This document shows, one piece after another, positions 9,321-20,347 of a DNA stretch of 64,000 bases. Location: positions 35,776-99,775 of the forward strand of contig JBGATK010000001.1 in NCBI GenBank assembly GCA_044229265.1, read 5' to 3'. The stretch's first letter is position 1. Each line of letters starts with the position of its first letter. The notes below the pieces were generated by a model that saw nothing but the letters and a program-made list of their open reading frames with translations, was not told where the DNA came from and ran no database searches. Position numbers and translations under genes: made by a program. The stretch comes from Minisyncoccia bacterium. GTDB lineage: Bacteria > Patescibacteriota > Minisyncoccia > Phycocordibacterales > UBA9973.

Positions 9321-9883
9321 TATTCTCTAATTATAGACACAGAACCATCTTTATACAAATGAACTATACGTGAAGGGGTGCCACCTATAGGCAAAAATTT
9401 AGAATAAAAAGAAACTTTATCACCAAAATACTCTCTCGCCTCATTCTCATTCTTAGCCACAGGATTACCAACAGTATTAGCTGAAGGTGCTACAATTGGC
9501 CCAACTTCTCTCAAAAAATGGGCGAGATTTTTATTTTTTGGAACCCGAAAAGCAAGTGAATTTTTTCCTCTATGTAAATAGTTTAAATCTTTATTTTCTA
9601 TATCTAACACAAAACTAGTCGGCTTATCTGAAAAAACAATAATTTTATTTTTTTGCAATTCACTTAGAGATATATCAAATTTTAAAAGTTCATCGAAACT
9701 AGAAATTAAAATGATAAAAGGCTTATGCGTATCCCGCTCTCTTATACTATATAGCTTTTCAACTCCGTCTTTATTCAAAGCACTGCATACAATACCTAAA
9801 ATAGTATCAGTGGGTATTATGGCGAAATCACCTTTTAATATAGTTTTTATTAAATTCTGATCTGCCCAATAATCCTCTATCAT
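9320..9883 (-). CDS. tsaC: L-threonylcarbamoyladenylate synthase (Sua5/YrdC)
   Basis: PTDT..G, R...KP, AFRVP, APSAN. Confidence 0.9.
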   Translation of the reverse strand: MIEDYWADQNLIKTILKGDFAIIPTDTILGIVCSALNKDGVEKLYSIRERDTHKPFIILISSFDELLKFDISLSELQKNKIIVFSDKPTSFVLDIENKDLNYLHRGKNSLAFRVPKNKNLAHFLREVGPIVAPSANTVGNPVAKNENEAREYFGDKVSFYSKFLPIGGTPSRIVHLYKDGSVSIIRE

Positions 9884-9903
9884 AATAAGAGTATATCAGA
9901 AAA

Positions 9904-10968
9904 TTATTTTAAAGCTTGCATTCCTGGCAATGTGCCTTTCGCTAAAAATTCTAAAGCTGCACCTCCTCCAGTAGATACAAAAGTATATTTTTCTTCTAAT
10001 TTTAATTCATTTACAAGTTCTACAGTATCACCGCCGCCTATGATTGAAGAGATTTTTTTATCTGCAATAGTTTTTAAAATTTTTCGAGTTGCCTTGTCTC
10101 CACCATCTTCATATTTACCAAGTGGACCATTCCAAAGCACAAATTTTGTCTTGGCTAATTTTTCTTCTAACAAAACAATGCTTTCTTTTCCTATATCTAC
10201 GATAGTATCACCCTCATTAATTTCTTCTATTTTTTTATTTTGCAATACGCCACCATTTTCTACCAGCACATCGGTTGGTAATAAAATCTTCTTATTTTTT
10301 AAAATATTTTTTGGTACAGAAAAATTCTTATCTGTGATTGATTTCCCAACAGACAAGCCAGAACTTTCTAAAAATTCATTGAGAAGTGCTCCGCCGATAA
10401 AAATGTGATCAGCTGTGGCCAAAAATTTTTTCACTAATGGTAATTTAGTAGCAAATTTTACACCACCTAATATAAACAAAAATGGATGTTTTGGTTTTTT
10501 AAAAGCTAAGGATAAGTTTTTAATTTCAGCTTCAAATTGAAGTCCCATATATGCTGGCAGAAATTTTGGCAAACCTGATACAGAAGCATGGTTTCTATGA
10601 GAAACTGAAAAAGCATCATTTACATATAAATCAAAACCCTGCGCTAAAGATTTTGCAAAATTTTTATTATTTTCCATTTCACCAGTAAATTTTCTAATAT
10701 TTTCGGAAAAAGTAATTCTATTCTCTGGGAATTTGGTAATTTTAAAAAAATGTTTAATAACTGGACTGATATCTGCACTGCCATCGTCCCCCAGATGCAT
10801 TAATATATGCAGATTTGCCCCCTTACCCAATAAATAAAGTATAGTGGGTACTGATTTTTTAATACGAAAATCATCCTCTACCCTATCATCTTTTATAGGC
10901 ACATTATAATCTACTCGCAAGAGTACTTTTTTATTTTTTAAATTTTTTACTTTTTTAATACTTTGCAT
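9904..10968 (-). CDS. pgk: Phosphoglycerate kinase (short form)
   Basis: RVDYNVP, YVNDAFSVSHR.HAS, WNGPLG, GGGDT, STGGGA.LEFL. Confidence 0.96.
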   Translation of the reverse strand: MQSIKKVKNLKNKKVLLRVDYNVPIKDDRVEDDFRIKKSVPTILYLLGKGANLHILMHLGDDGSADISPVIKHFFKITKFPENRITFSENIRKFTGEMENNKNFAKSLAQGFDLYVNDAFSVSHRNHASVSGLPKFLPAYMGLQFEAEIKNLSLAFKKPKHPFLFILGGVKFATKLPLVKKFLATADHIFIGGALLNEFLESSGLSVGKSITDKNFSVPKNILKNKKILLPTDVLVENGGVLQNKKIEEINEGDTIVDIGKESIVLLEEKLAKTKFVLWNGPLGKYEDGGDKATRKILKTIADKKISSIIGGGDTVELVNELKLEEKYTFVSTGGGAALEFLAKGTLPGMQALK

Positions 10969-11713
10969 TTTCGGTATTGTTAATAATTTCTAAAAATTTC
11001 TTTGAATTCAAACTATCGCGACCAACTAAAAATCCATCTGCTTTGCCTTCAACCATAAAACCGACAGAATTTTCTGGATGAACTGAACCTCCGTAAATAA
11101 TACGGATACCTTCAATACTCTTTATTCCAAATTTATCACTCAAAATTCTTTTCATAAAAATACTAATTTCTAAAAATTCAGAAGGAGTAGCTTCTCGAAT
11201 AGCTTTTTCGCCTATAGCCCAGATTGGTTCATAAGCTATGATAATTTTATCTAAAGTGGTTTTTGAAACGCCAACAAGAGCAGATTCGATTTGTTCTTTT
11301 ATAAAGAACAAATATTTATGTTCATTATCACGAACACTTTCACCAACACAAAGTATAGGTATAAAACCATTGTAAACTGCATTTTTTATTTTTTTATTTA
11401 CATCAATATTACTCTCTCCCATTGCTCTCCTTTCAGAATGCCCTATTATGCTATAGCGAGCACCGATATCATAAAGCATACCTCCTCCTATTTCACCCGT
11501 AAAAGCTCCAGAATTTTCATAAAAAATATTTTGAATACCGAGAATTATACGCTTAGAAATTTTACGTAAAGCTTCTATGTAAATAGAAGGCGGACAAATT
11601 ACCACATCTACACCCTTCCATTTGCCTTTGCTAATTTGTTTAAAAATTTTTTCTGCCTCTTTTTTTGAGGTAGGATTTTCTTTCCAATTACCAATAACTA
11701 TTCTTTTAGACAT
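10955..11713 (-). CDS. tpiA: Triosephosphate isomerase
   Basis: GNWK, GAFTGE, IGHSERR, AYEPIWAIG, YGGSV; start moved to MSKRIV at 11713. Confidence 0.95.
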   Translation of the reverse strand: MSKRIVIGNWKENPTSKKEAEKIFKQISKGKWKGVDVVICPPSIYIEALRKISKRIILGIQNIFYENSGAFTGEIGGGMLYDIGARYSIIGHSERRAMGESNIDVNKKIKNAVYNGFIPILCVGESVRDNEHKYLFFIKEQIESALVGVSKTTLDKIIIAYEPIWAIGEKAIREATPSEFLEISIFMKRILSDKFGIKSIEGIRIIYGGSVHPENSVGFMVEGKADGFLVGRDSLNSKKFLEIINNTENAKY

Positions 11714-11736
11714 GAGAATATTATAACACAAGAAAA

Positions 11737-13485
11737 TTATTCAGTTTCCTGCCAGCTCTCGACACTCCACCCACCCGAAGGCCCAGAAACGAAATTTGCA
11801 TTTATTAGACCCGAATCGAAAGTAATGACAGCATTATTATTTAAACTTATTTTATACCCATTTACCGATGTCGCTCCAGCATTATTGCTAACACTGACTG
11901 TACCATTCGCAGCATAAAGAACCACTGCTCCAGCATTATTACCAAGAGTTATTGCTGAAGTAGATGTAGATGTAGAAAGCGCCATTATATAACTACCTGC
12001 GGTGCCAGAGCCGTGAAAATCCGCATTATTGCCGACAGTTATAGTACCATCAGCTATAACTGCCCCTTCTCCTGATCCATAACCAGAAGATAGTCTTATA
12101 TCGACATTATTACTAAAAGAAATATTCCCTGTCACCCATAAAGTACCGGTAATAGTAAGGTCGCTATTGTTTTGAACAGTCAAATTCCCAACAATTTTTT
12201 TAGGTCCGAGTGAAGTAGTAGTGCTATCTATAGTCATATTACCTGTATATGTACCTCCGGCTAATGCTTCATCTTTCCAATCTAAAATATTTTGGTCAGA
12301 AATAGGCATCGCAATTGCTGCTGGATCAGCAAGTGATGTGTTGCACGATTTGTTATTTCCACTTCCCGTCTGGCAATAATTCGTGCCTGCGATAGTCGAA
12401 TTATTCACTGTATGAGCGTAAGCATTACCTACTCCACCAGAGCCGACAGTAATACCACTTATAAGCCCAGTGAGTCCTCCTAAATATAATTTGAAAAAGC
12501 CATCCAGCCCTCCCGGTGTAGTATTATTCCAAGTGCTACTATATTGACCTATTTTCCCAGTGCCACTACTATAACCATTTGCATTTGCACCTATATAATA
12601 ATATCTAGAAGAATTTGTTCCGCCATCAATAACTATCCAATACGTAGTACCAGCAGTAAGCTGTGGATTTGTGGACATTGGTACTGACACCCAGCCATAA
12701 GTTGTAGATATGAGCGATGCAGAAAGAGTACCAGAAGCCAGTGTAGTGGTGCTAGGTACGCCACTATTATCAGAAACAATTCGCACGGTTAGATTGCTAG
12801 GTGTGCTTACTTTTTTCAAATAAAGTTCAACCTTATTTACTACATCGGTAATGCTCGGCACAAAACTTTGCGCAAAATCTTGGGTACCATTTGCATTACC
12901 AAATTGCACATCATAAGCTGGTGTGCCGGAACCATTTGTCTGATCTGCGGTAAGAGCAGCAGAATTTGCAGATGTTGCAGATCCAGTAATACTACCAGAA
13001 CCTGTAATATTACCATTGGAATAAACACTACCTATAACACTAGAATTATTAGCCATAGTAAGACCGCCTTGACCCGACTGCACTCCATAATTAAAAGAAA
13101 TACCTGTACCTGCCTCTAAAATTATCTCATTTGCTCTATCTCTATTCCCGACATCACCAGCTGATGTAATTGTTTTTTGATTTCCCGCGTCGATAATATT
13201 TGTAGTAGCACTATAGCCATCTATATCTATAGTTTCTGTTGAGCCAATAGTTTTACCTGAATTAATTCTATAATATGCATCTTCGACGCCAGACTCTGAG
13301 AGATAGAACGATTTTTTAGCTTTTAATCCCGTATCAGCGAGCTTGTATTCAGAAACTGTTGGTGAAACCAAGCCCACAATCAAAGAAGCTGACAAAGCTG
13401 TAAAAAAAACTAGTGATACTATGAGAGCTTGACCCTTTTGATATTCATTATTATATTTATTTTTTGAAAAATTTTTTTTAAACAT
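11737..13485 (-). CDS. PilX-like minor pilin with a large extracellular adhesin region
   Basis: KG/QAL prepilin-like site plus hydrophobic helix; YLSESGVEDA PilX-type motif; AQSF...LTAGTTYWIV beta-sandwich; Gly/Asn/Thr-rich beta-helix-like C-terminus. Confidence 0.75.
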   Translation of the reverse strand: MFKKNFSKNKYNNEYQKGQALIVSLVFFTALSASLIVGLVSPTVSEYKLADTGLKAKKSFYLSESGVEDAYYRINSGKTIGSTETIDIDGYSATTNIIDAGNQKTITSAGDVGNRDRANEIILEAGTGISFNYGVQSGQGGLTMANNSSVIGSVYSNGNITGSGSITGSATSANSAALTADQTNGSGTPAYDVQFGNANGTQDFAQSFVPSITDVVNKVELYLKKVSTPSNLTVRIVSDNSGVPSTTTLASGTLSASLISTTYGWVSVPMSTNPQLTAGTTYWIVIDGGTNSSRYYYIGANANGYSSGTGKIGQYSSTWNNTTPGGLDGFFKLYLGGLTGLISGITVGSGGVGNAYAHTVNNSTIAGTNYCQTGSGNNKSCNTSLADPAAIAMPISDQNILDWKDEALAGGTYTGNMTIDSTTTSLGPKKIVGNLTVQNNSDLTITGTLWVTGNISFSNNVDIRLSSGYGSGEGAVIADGTITVGNNADFHGSGTAGSYIMALSTSTSTSAITLGNNAGAVVLYAANGTVSVSNNAGATSVNGYKISLNNNAVITFDSGLINANFVSGPSGGWSVESWQETE

Positions 13486-13497
13486 TTTAAATTTAAA

Positions 13498-13995
13498 TTA
13501 ATAACTACCACGTAAAACTACCGTGTCATAAAATGTAGCTGAATTTACACCGCCATAACGAGTAGAAGTAATAGTGAATTCTATTTTTACGGCTACACTA
13601 TTTGCTGTCGTAATTTGAGTAAAAGTAAGCCCGGAGACAGAAAGAGTGCTGGGATTTAAATTACCCACCAAAACATCATCTTCATAGAAAAGTAAATTAC
13701 TGCCTGAAAGTGTAAATTGTGAGCTATCACCAACTAGGGTGCCGTCTTCAATGCGAACTTTTAAATCAGTGCTGCTAATACTCACGATACTACTTGCCTC
13801 ACGAACTTCGCGAGCTATACGCTCCATAATATTTGCGCCTTCAGCTAATTCTATATTTATTTTTGCATTTCTGAAAGATTTAGTCAGAACTATAGTTGAT
13901 TGTATTATCAGCATTGAAAGCATTAAGAAAATAGCGATATAAAAAATCATTTCAAGTAGCGAGAATCCTTTTTTATTTTTTAAAAAATTTTTCAT
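13498..13995 (-). CDS. Type IV minor pilin (PilW-like)
   Basis: KG/FSLLEM class III signal peptide; ERIAREVREA. Confidence 0.85.
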   Translation of the reverse strand: MKNFLKNKKGFSLLEMIFYIAIFLMLSMLIIQSTIVLTKSFRNAKINIELAEGANIMERIAREVREASSIVSISSTDLKVRIEDGTLVGDSSQFTLSGSNLLFYEDDVLVGNLNPSTLSVSGLTFTQITTANSVAVKIEFTITSTRYGGVNSATFYDTVVLRGSY

Positions 13996-14002
13996 TTAAA
14001 TT

Positions 14003-14500
14003 TTAAAATAAATCCGTTATGTAAAATTTTATATTTTTCTCCATAACAGTAGTGCCTTCTGTCCAACCCACTGACACTGTTACTAATTTTGTTCCTGTAT
14101 CGAGTACTCCCCCAGAAGAAACTATATCCTGCGTAGACGCATCACGATACACATCAGAAAAAACAATCCTTCGAGTAAAAATACCTATAGTGGAAGGAGT
14201 TTGACTTACACTCCACGTTCCATTTGAAAATGAAGCATAGTAATAACTAAGTGCAGTTGGGCCAGAAATATTAGTCCAATTATTATCACGCAAAATCCGA
14301 ACTATTTCAGCTCCTTCTTCTAAAATTAAACTAGCTTGCATTTGATGAAGTGATCTACGAGAAACTTCTATTCCTTTTTGTGCTACTGCTGATGCAGAAA
14401 TAATAAGCATTACCAAAACAGCAGCGATTACCAAAAGTTCTACCATCATAAAACCTCCTTTATTTTGTTTTTTATTTTTTAAAAAATAAAACATAAACAT
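14003..14500 (-). CDS. Type IV minor pilin (PilV-like)
   Basis: G/FMMVEL prepilin motif; EEG.E.VR; VTVSVGW. Confidence 0.8.
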   Translation of the reverse strand: MFMFYFLKNKKQNKGGFMMVELLVIAAVLVMLIISASAVAQKGIEVSRRSLHQMQASLILEEGAEIVRILRDNNWTNISGPTALSYYYASFSNGTWSVSQTPSTIGIFTRRIVFSDVYRDASTQDIVSSGGVLDTGTKLVTVSVGWTEGTTVMEKNIKFYITDLF

Positions 14501-14961
14501 TAATTCACACTTATGTGGCCAGTTGGACTAATTGTAATTGTTTTTGTGTATGAATCTGCTGACAAAACAATAGTTCCATTTACATTTGGTGCACCATATA
14601 TTCTACTAAAATACACATCGGTAGCTCCGCCCGTTAAAGAAATAGTTGATATACTAGCAGGAGAAGAAATAGTTGTAATAATATTACTCCCTGCTAGAGC
14701 TGAATAAGTAGTCCCTTCAAAAATTATAACTTGATTATTTGCAAAATGCACACCGTACTCTTTGGAATCAAGAGAAGATATAGTATTTGTGCGAGCTTTA
14801 TTTATAGCTGAAAAAACATCAGCTGTAGAATTTTGCAAACTTTGCAGAGTACGGAAACTGCTAAATTTTGGAATTACCACCACAAGTAAAATGCCAATAA
14901 TAGCTACAACTATTAAAACTTCAATTAAATTTATACCCTTATTAAAATTATTTTTTTTCAT
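14500..14961 (-). CDS. Type IV minor pilin (FimT/GspH-like)
   Basis: KG/INLIEVL prepilin motif; AR..TI; ITISPTG. Confidence 0.85.
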   Translation of the reverse strand: MKKNNFNKGINLIEVLIVVAIIGILLVVVIPKFSSFRTLQSLQNSTADVFSAINKARTNTISSLDSKEYGVHFANNQVIIFEGTTYSALAGSNIITTISSPASISTISLTGGATDVYFSRIYGAPNVNGTIVLSADSYTKTITISPTGHISVN

Positions 14962-14968
14962 AATTTAA

Positions 14969-16180
14969 TTAACCTATATTATTTAGAACAGAATAAAGTG
15001 GAGTTATCATAGACAATGCAAAAAAACCAACTCCTGTTCCAATTAAAATCATCAAAATTGGCTCAATAATAGTGGAGAGATTTTTAGTTTTATTTTCAAT
15101 TTCATTTTCATAAAAAATAGCAATTTCTGTGAGCATATCAGCTAATTTACCTGTTTCTTCGCCAACTTGAACCATCTCGGTCATCATAATAGGGTAAAGT
15201 TTTGGATTATCTTCAAAAACTTTTGCAAAAGGTGCTCCTTTTTCTACGGATTTTACTGCATCCTCCATGACTTTTTTATAATAAACATTTTGCACAACAT
15301 CACGAGTAATCTCTATGGCCCGTGTTATAGACACACCAGATAAAATAAGTGAAGAAAGAGTGCGCGCTGTCCGAGCAGTATTGAGCTCGCGTGCCATTGT
15401 ACCAAAAACTGGTAATTTTAAAACTACAAAATCTATATATTTTTGACTAGCTTTTGCAGTAAAAAGAAAATATAATCCTACTCCAAATAAAATTGCTCCT
15501 AGTAAAGTAAGTATTAAATTATTTGATATGAAATCACCAAGCCAAAGCACAAAACGTGTAGTTGGAGGTAATTTTACGCCAAGTTCTTTGAAAGTATTAG
15601 CCAGTGTAGGAACCACGAAAGCAAACATTAATATACCTATTATTACCATAGCGGAAATAATTACCCCTGGGTACATCATCGCGCCTTTAATTTTTTTTGT
15701 AAGAGAATTAGATTTTTCTAAATTCATGCCTATCTCAGTAAGAGCTCCAGCTAAATTACCGGACTCTTCCCCAGCACGAACCATGGAAACAAAAAGTGGC
15801 GAAAAAGCTTTTGGTTTTTTAGCGAGCCCACTCGATAATGTTCCGCCATTATTAATTTCATCGATAAGACTAGCAATTATTTTTTTAAAAAACTCTTTTG
15901 GAGTTTGTTTTTCTAAAACCGAAAGAGCTCTACCTGCTGACAAGCCAGCTTTTAACATGCCTGCTAAATTTTTGGTAAATAAAATTAAATCCTGCATTTT
16001 CACCCCACCAAAAATGCCATCAAAAGAAATATTCCAAGAATTCTTTTTTTGTTCTTCAATTAGAATTGGTATTGAACCTTTTTCTCTAAAATCACGGGCC
16101 ACTGCAAAGCGATCCACAGCTTCTGTAGTGCCTTCTATTATATTTCCCTCTTTATTTTTTATTTTATATTTAAAAAGCAT
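14969..16180 (-). CDS. pilC: Type IV pilus inner-membrane platform protein (PilC/GspF)
   Basis: Two T2SSF domains, AGEESGNL and VGEETGKL; IIEP. Confidence 0.93.
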   Translation of the reverse strand: MLFKYKIKNKEGNIIEGTTEAVDRFAVARDFREKGSIPILIEEQKKNSWNISFDGIFGGVKMQDLILFTKNLAGMLKAGLSAGRALSVLEKQTPKEFFKKIIASLIDEINNGGTLSSGLAKKPKAFSPLFVSMVRAGEESGNLAGALTEIGMNLEKSNSLTKKIKGAMMYPGVIISAMVIIGILMFAFVVPTLANTFKELGVKLPPTTRFVLWLGDFISNNLILTLLGAILFGVGLYFLFTAKASQKYIDFVVLKLPVFGTMARELNTARTARTLSSLILSGVSITRAIEITRDVVQNVYYKKVMEDAVKSVEKGAPFAKVFEDNPKLYPIMMTEMVQVGEETGKLADMLTEIAIFYENEIENKTKNLSTIIEPILMILIGTGVGFFALSMITPLYSVLNNIG

Positions 16181-16189
16181 TATATAAAT

Positions 16190-17941
16190 TTACTCAGAAA
16201 CCACTCTAAATACTTCTTCTACGCTAGTATTCCCTAGTGCTGCTTGAAAAATACCATCTTCTATCATGGTCATCATTCCTTCTTTTTTTGCTTGAGCTTC
16301 AATATCGTCTTGTGAAGCACCTTTTAAAACTAATTCCTTGATAGCACCTGAAACCTTTAATACTTCATGAATACCTACACGGCTTTTATAGCCATCTTCC
16401 GATTCAGCACTTTTTACTGGCCGATAAAATGCTACTTTATCCCAACTATCATCTTTGCCAATAATATTTTCAGCTTTTAAAAAACCTAACATTCTATCTA
16501 AATCTACAATTTTAGCTAAATTTGCTAATTCGTCTTTATTCATAAAATATTTTTCTTTTGATGAAGTTAAACGTCGTACAAGACGCTGAGCAATAATAGT
16601 TTTCACAGTAGAAATAATCAGAAATGGCAATGCGCCCATATCTATCATACGAGGAACAGCACCAGCAGCTGAATTAGTGTGAATTGTAGAAAGCACTAAG
16701 TGTCCAGTAAGTGAAGCATTAATAGCAAGAGATACAGTTTCCCCATCACGAATTTCCCCTACCATTACGATATCAGGGTCCTGACGAAGAAGTGCACGTA
16801 GTCCTTGTGCAAAAGTTAAACCTATTTCTGGTTTTACTTGTGTTTGATTTACTCTTGGCATTTGATATTCCACTGGGTCTTCTACCGTAGAAATATTTAC
16901 ATCTGGCTTATTTAACATATCGAGCATAGTGTAAAGCGTAGTAGTTTTACCCGAACCGGTAGGGCCAGTAGCTAGTATCATACCTGTTTTTTGTTTCATG
17001 GATTCATAAATTTTCTCTAATCCTTCACCATGAAAACCTAATCCTTCCAACGAGAAACCATGAGAATTTTCTTTTAAAAGACGAATCACAGTTTTTTCAC
17101 CGAAAAATGTAGGTAGTGTAGAAACACGAAAAGAAACTTTTTCACCATTTTGTTCTATTTTAAAACGACCATCTTGTGGGAGTCTTTTTTCATCAAGCTT
17201 TAAATTCGACAATACTTTTATGCGTGCAGTTATGCCTGGTGCTGCACTTTTATCGAGTGTCATGGCATCATGCAAAATACCATCAATACGGTAGCGCACT
17301 ACTAATTTTTCTTCACCTGGTTCTATGTGAATATCAGAAGCATTTTGCAAAATAGCATGAAAAACTAATGAATCCACGATCTTAACTACAGGCAAATCTT
17401 CAGCCATTTCTTTTAATTCTTGCGCTGATTTTTCTCCTCCACCCTCATCGTTCTTTAATTTTAAAGAATTTGATTCTTCTTGAATAATATTTGAAAATTC
17501 TGCTTGTAAACTTTTGCGATATTGCACAAGAGCACTTTTTATAGATGCACTATCTGTGAGGCGTGGTAAAATTTTGAGCCCGGAACGCTTTTTAATAAAA
17601 TCAATAACAGGCAAATCGTCCACGTCGAGCATAGCTACTTCTAATTCTTTTTCTGTTTTTTTATAACCAATAATATTATAATTTCGAGCAATTGGCTCTG
17701 GGATAAGTGAAAGTATAGCTATATCTATTTTTTCTTTTTCCAAAGAAACAAAAGGTATACCTAGAACATGGGCTTCTATTTTGCGAAGCTCTGTTTCTTT
17801 TAATTTATTTTGAATAAGAAGAGTATCAGAAAGGGTTTGCCCTTTTTCACTCGCAATTTTTGCCATATCATTTAAATCCGATTCTGAAATTAATTTACTA
17901 TCAAGTAAAAATTTCTTGAGTTGTTTTTCATCTATCTCCAT
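16190..17941 (-). CDS. pilB: Type IV pilus assembly ATPase (PilB/GspE)
   Basis: ASDIHIEP, RLPQDGR, GPTGSGKTTT, LRQDPD..MVGEIRD, TGHLVLSTIH. Confidence 0.95.
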   Translation of the reverse strand: MEIDEKQLKKFLLDSKLISESDLNDMAKIASEKGQTLSDTLLIQNKLKETELRKIEAHVLGIPFVSLEKEKIDIAILSLIPEPIARNYNIIGYKKTEKELEVAMLDVDDLPVIDFIKKRSGLKILPRLTDSASIKSALVQYRKSLQAEFSNIIQEESNSLKLKNDEGGGEKSAQELKEMAEDLPVVKIVDSLVFHAILQNASDIHIEPGEEKLVVRYRIDGILHDAMTLDKSAAPGITARIKVLSNLKLDEKRLPQDGRFKIEQNGEKVSFRVSTLPTFFGEKTVIRLLKENSHGFSLEGLGFHGEGLEKIYESMKQKTGMILATGPTGSGKTTTLYTMLDMLNKPDVNISTVEDPVEYQMPRVNQTQVKPEIGLTFAQGLRALLRQDPDIVMVGEIRDGETVSLAINASLTGHLVLSTIHTNSAAGAVPRMIDMGALPFLIISTVKTIIAQRLVRRLTSSKEKYFMNKDELANLAKIVDLDRMLGFLKAENIIGKDDSWDKVAFYRPVKSAESEDGYKSRVGIHEVLKVSGAIKELVLKGASQDDIEAQAKKEGMMTMIEDGIFQAALGNTSVEEVFRVVSE

Positions 17942-17956
17942 TACTATAATTATAAC

Positions 17957-17986
17957 AAAAAATTCCCCATACAGGGGAATTTTTTG
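17957..17986. terminator. Intrinsic terminator between the fibre gene and pilB
   Basis: AAAAAATTCCCC-ataca-GGGGAATTTTTT. Confidence 0.7.
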
Positions 17987-18002
17987 TTAATTATTTTTAT
18001 TT

Positions 18003-20309
18003 TTAATATAAAGTTCGCCAAGCATATGTATTTGCAGCATCTTTGGCGCATACTTCTACATTATCTTTTACACCTGTAGCACCCTGTACCACAAAAAACA
18101 TACCCCGAACACTGGCTGTGCATGATGGTTTAGCAGAATTATTATTATTTACGATAACTCCTCCATTAAAAGTATTTTGTGTTATTGCTGTATTACCAAA
18201 AACCATAGAATTACTTGCACTGACTATAGCTCCATTACCAATTGCTGTAGCATTAGTTAAACCACCAGTAGAAACATCCGCACTATAACCAATAGCTGTA
18301 TTGTTTGTTCCAGTAGTATTTGTTAGTAAGGAAAAATAACCAAAAGCTGTGTTATTTGAACCTGTTGTTGCATTTAAAGAACCATTACCAAATGCAGAAT
18401 TATTATTACCAGCAGTATTTAATTGCAAAGCACCTTTTCCAAAAGCACTATTTCTATCGCCATCTAAATTATTTAAAAGAGCTTGATATCCAAAAGCGGA
18501 ATTTTCGAAACCACCTGTATTTACAGCAAGAGCAGTAGAACCCACAGCTGTATTTCTATACCCTACAGTATTGTCTCTAAGAGCCCATTGTCCAAAACCA
18601 GAGTTAGCATCACCTGTAGTATTTGATTGTAAAACTTGATATCCAACAGCAGTATTATTTGCCAATCCAGAATTATTTCCACCGAGAGCATTAATACCTA
18701 CAGCCAAATTTGTTCCTAATTGGTTAGTGCCTTTACCTACAATTACACTACTGATAGATATATTACCCGAAGTATCTACTCTCATTCTCTCAACCCCACT
18801 CGTAGTTATTGCAAAAATATCAGCTCCTGGAGAAAATGTTCCCGTATTTGTATCACCTAAAAATGTCCGAGTTGGAGCACTTGCTGTGCCTAGTGTGGTA
18901 GCTACTGCTCCAGCCACTTCAAACTTTGAAACAAAAGTAGTTCCTACAGGTTGCCCCACACCAACACTTCCATTAACTGGATTTATTACGACATCTCCTT
19001 TCAAAGAACCATTGCTTGTAGAATCTAAAATTAAATCTCCATTTGCAGTAGAATTTCCATTTATTGTAAAACCAGCCATTTGCAATGCTTGTGTAGCTGT
19101 ATGATTTCCTAAATTATCAGCACCGCCACATGTTTGCCATTCAAAAGTTGCACCTGTAGTTTCGTAAGTTAAACAAAATTCATCAGTAGCAGTACCAGAA
19201 ATACTAACCTTTGATACAGTAACAGCGCCATTTAATATTTTTGTATTTGAAACAGCATTAACTGCTATTTTGGGATCATCTACAGCAAGAGCTGCTATTT
19301 TTCCATTGGTTATAGACAAAGCATCGACAGTCCAAACTGTGCCAGTACCAGAAACAGTAATGTCTCCTTTATCACCATCTGTAATACCACCATTAGCTGT
19401 AAAAGTAATATTACTATTATTTACATCATGAGTAATGGTAATTCCTGAACCGGCTATCAAACCTTTATATTCCAAACTAAGACCAGTATCATCTAAACCT
19501 AGAACCTTATTAGCACCTCCAAAAACTGCAGCTATATCAGTTTTAGATACACCATCAACAGCTATTTTGTCGCTAGTTATAGAATCTGCAGCTAATTCTG
19601 TATTACCAACCACTCCTGCATCTATATTCCAAACACTACCACTAGAGGAAACAGTGATGTCGCCTTTGTCGCCATCTGTTAGAGAATTTAACACTTGCCA
19701 AGATCCGTCGCCTCGCAAATAATTTGTAACGCCAGGAGTGCCTGTAATAGCAGATGAAAATAATGGTATTCTATTTGTATTAATTTCTTGCACAGGACCA
19801 GCTGAATTACCTAAATTCGCTAAAAATCTATTAGCTCCAACATTTTGAATTTTTGAATAGGTAACAGCCAAAGGATCTATAGTCCAAGTAGCTCCACTAC
19901 CAGAAACAGTAATGTCGCCTTTATCACCATCGGAAACACCTCCGGAACTAACATCCCAAGTTAAATTACCTGCACCATCAGTTTTTAAATATCCATTTGC
20001 AGTTTGGTTTGCAGGAAAAGTATATGTTTCTGTATTTAGAGTAAGTGTTTTGCCTGGAAAGATAGTTACATTACCTTTTAAATCTGAAGTTCCGTCTACT
20101 ACTAATACTGTACCAGAGCGTAGTCCACTCCATGCTACTATTCCTCCGTCTTTTGCTTGAGTAGTGGAGCTTGTGTTTATTGGGGGTTCGGTGTTGCCAA
20201 GAGGTGGAATACCGGACGGTGGAACCCAAGTAGCAAAAGCTTGTAAGCTTATACTAAAAAGTGATATCGCTAAAAATGATTTAAGAAAAATTTTCTTTTT
20301 TAAAGACAT
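18003..20309 (-). CDS. Secreted fibre/adhesin protein with tail-fibre-like repeats and a beta-roll-like NTAxG repeat head
   Basis: Signal peptide; three DGDKGDITVS.G..W.ID repeats; about ten N(S/T)A(F/V)G..AL..N repeats resembling trimeric adhesin heads. Confidence 0.65.
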   Translation of the reverse strand: MSLKKKIFLKSFLAISLFSISLQAFATWVPPSGIPPLGNTEPPINTSSTTQAKDGGIVAWSGLRSGTVLVVDGTSDLKGNVTIFPGKTLTLNTETYTFPANQTANGYLKTDGAGNLTWDVSSGGVSDGDKGDITVSGSGATWTIDPLAVTYSKIQNVGANRFLANLGNSAGPVQEINTNRIPLFSSAITGTPGVTNYLRGDGSWQVLNSLTDGDKGDITVSSSGSVWNIDAGVVGNTELAADSITSDKIAVDGVSKTDIAAVFGGANKVLGLDDTGLSLEYKGLIAGSGITITHDVNNSNITFTANGGITDGDKGDITVSGTGTVWTVDALSITNGKIAALAVDDPKIAVNAVSNTKILNGAVTVSKVSISGTATDEFCLTYETTGATFEWQTCGGADNLGNHTATQALQMAGFTINGNSTANGDLILDSTSNGSLKGDVVINPVNGSVGVGQPVGTTFVSKFEVAGAVATTLGTASAPTRTFLGDTNTGTFSPGADIFAITTSGVERMRVDTSGNISISSVIVGKGTNQLGTNLAVGINALGGNNSGLANNTAVGYQVLQSNTTGDANSGFGQWALRDNTVGYRNTAVGSTALAVNTGGFENSAFGYQALLNNLDGDRNSAFGKGALQLNTAGNNNSAFGNGSLNATTGSNNTAFGYFSLLTNTTGTNNTAIGYSADVSTGGLTNATAIGNGAIVSASNSMVFGNTAITQNTFNGGVIVNNNNSAKPSCTASVRGMFFVVQGATGVKDNVEVCAKDAANTYAWRTLY
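19876..20198. repeat. About 320-bp near-identical repeat, copy 1 (partner 21585-21907)
   Basis: Direct alignment by eye; offset 1709 bp, only a few substitutions. Confidence 0.9.
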
Positions 20310-20347
20310 ATAAATATTATAACAATAAAAAACTACTAACGAAAGAT

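Noticed and set aside
10955-11713. tpiA as a pseudogene because of the NWKEN and GRDSL variants
   Set aside because: Catalytic Lys, His and Glu are intact and the frame is complete.
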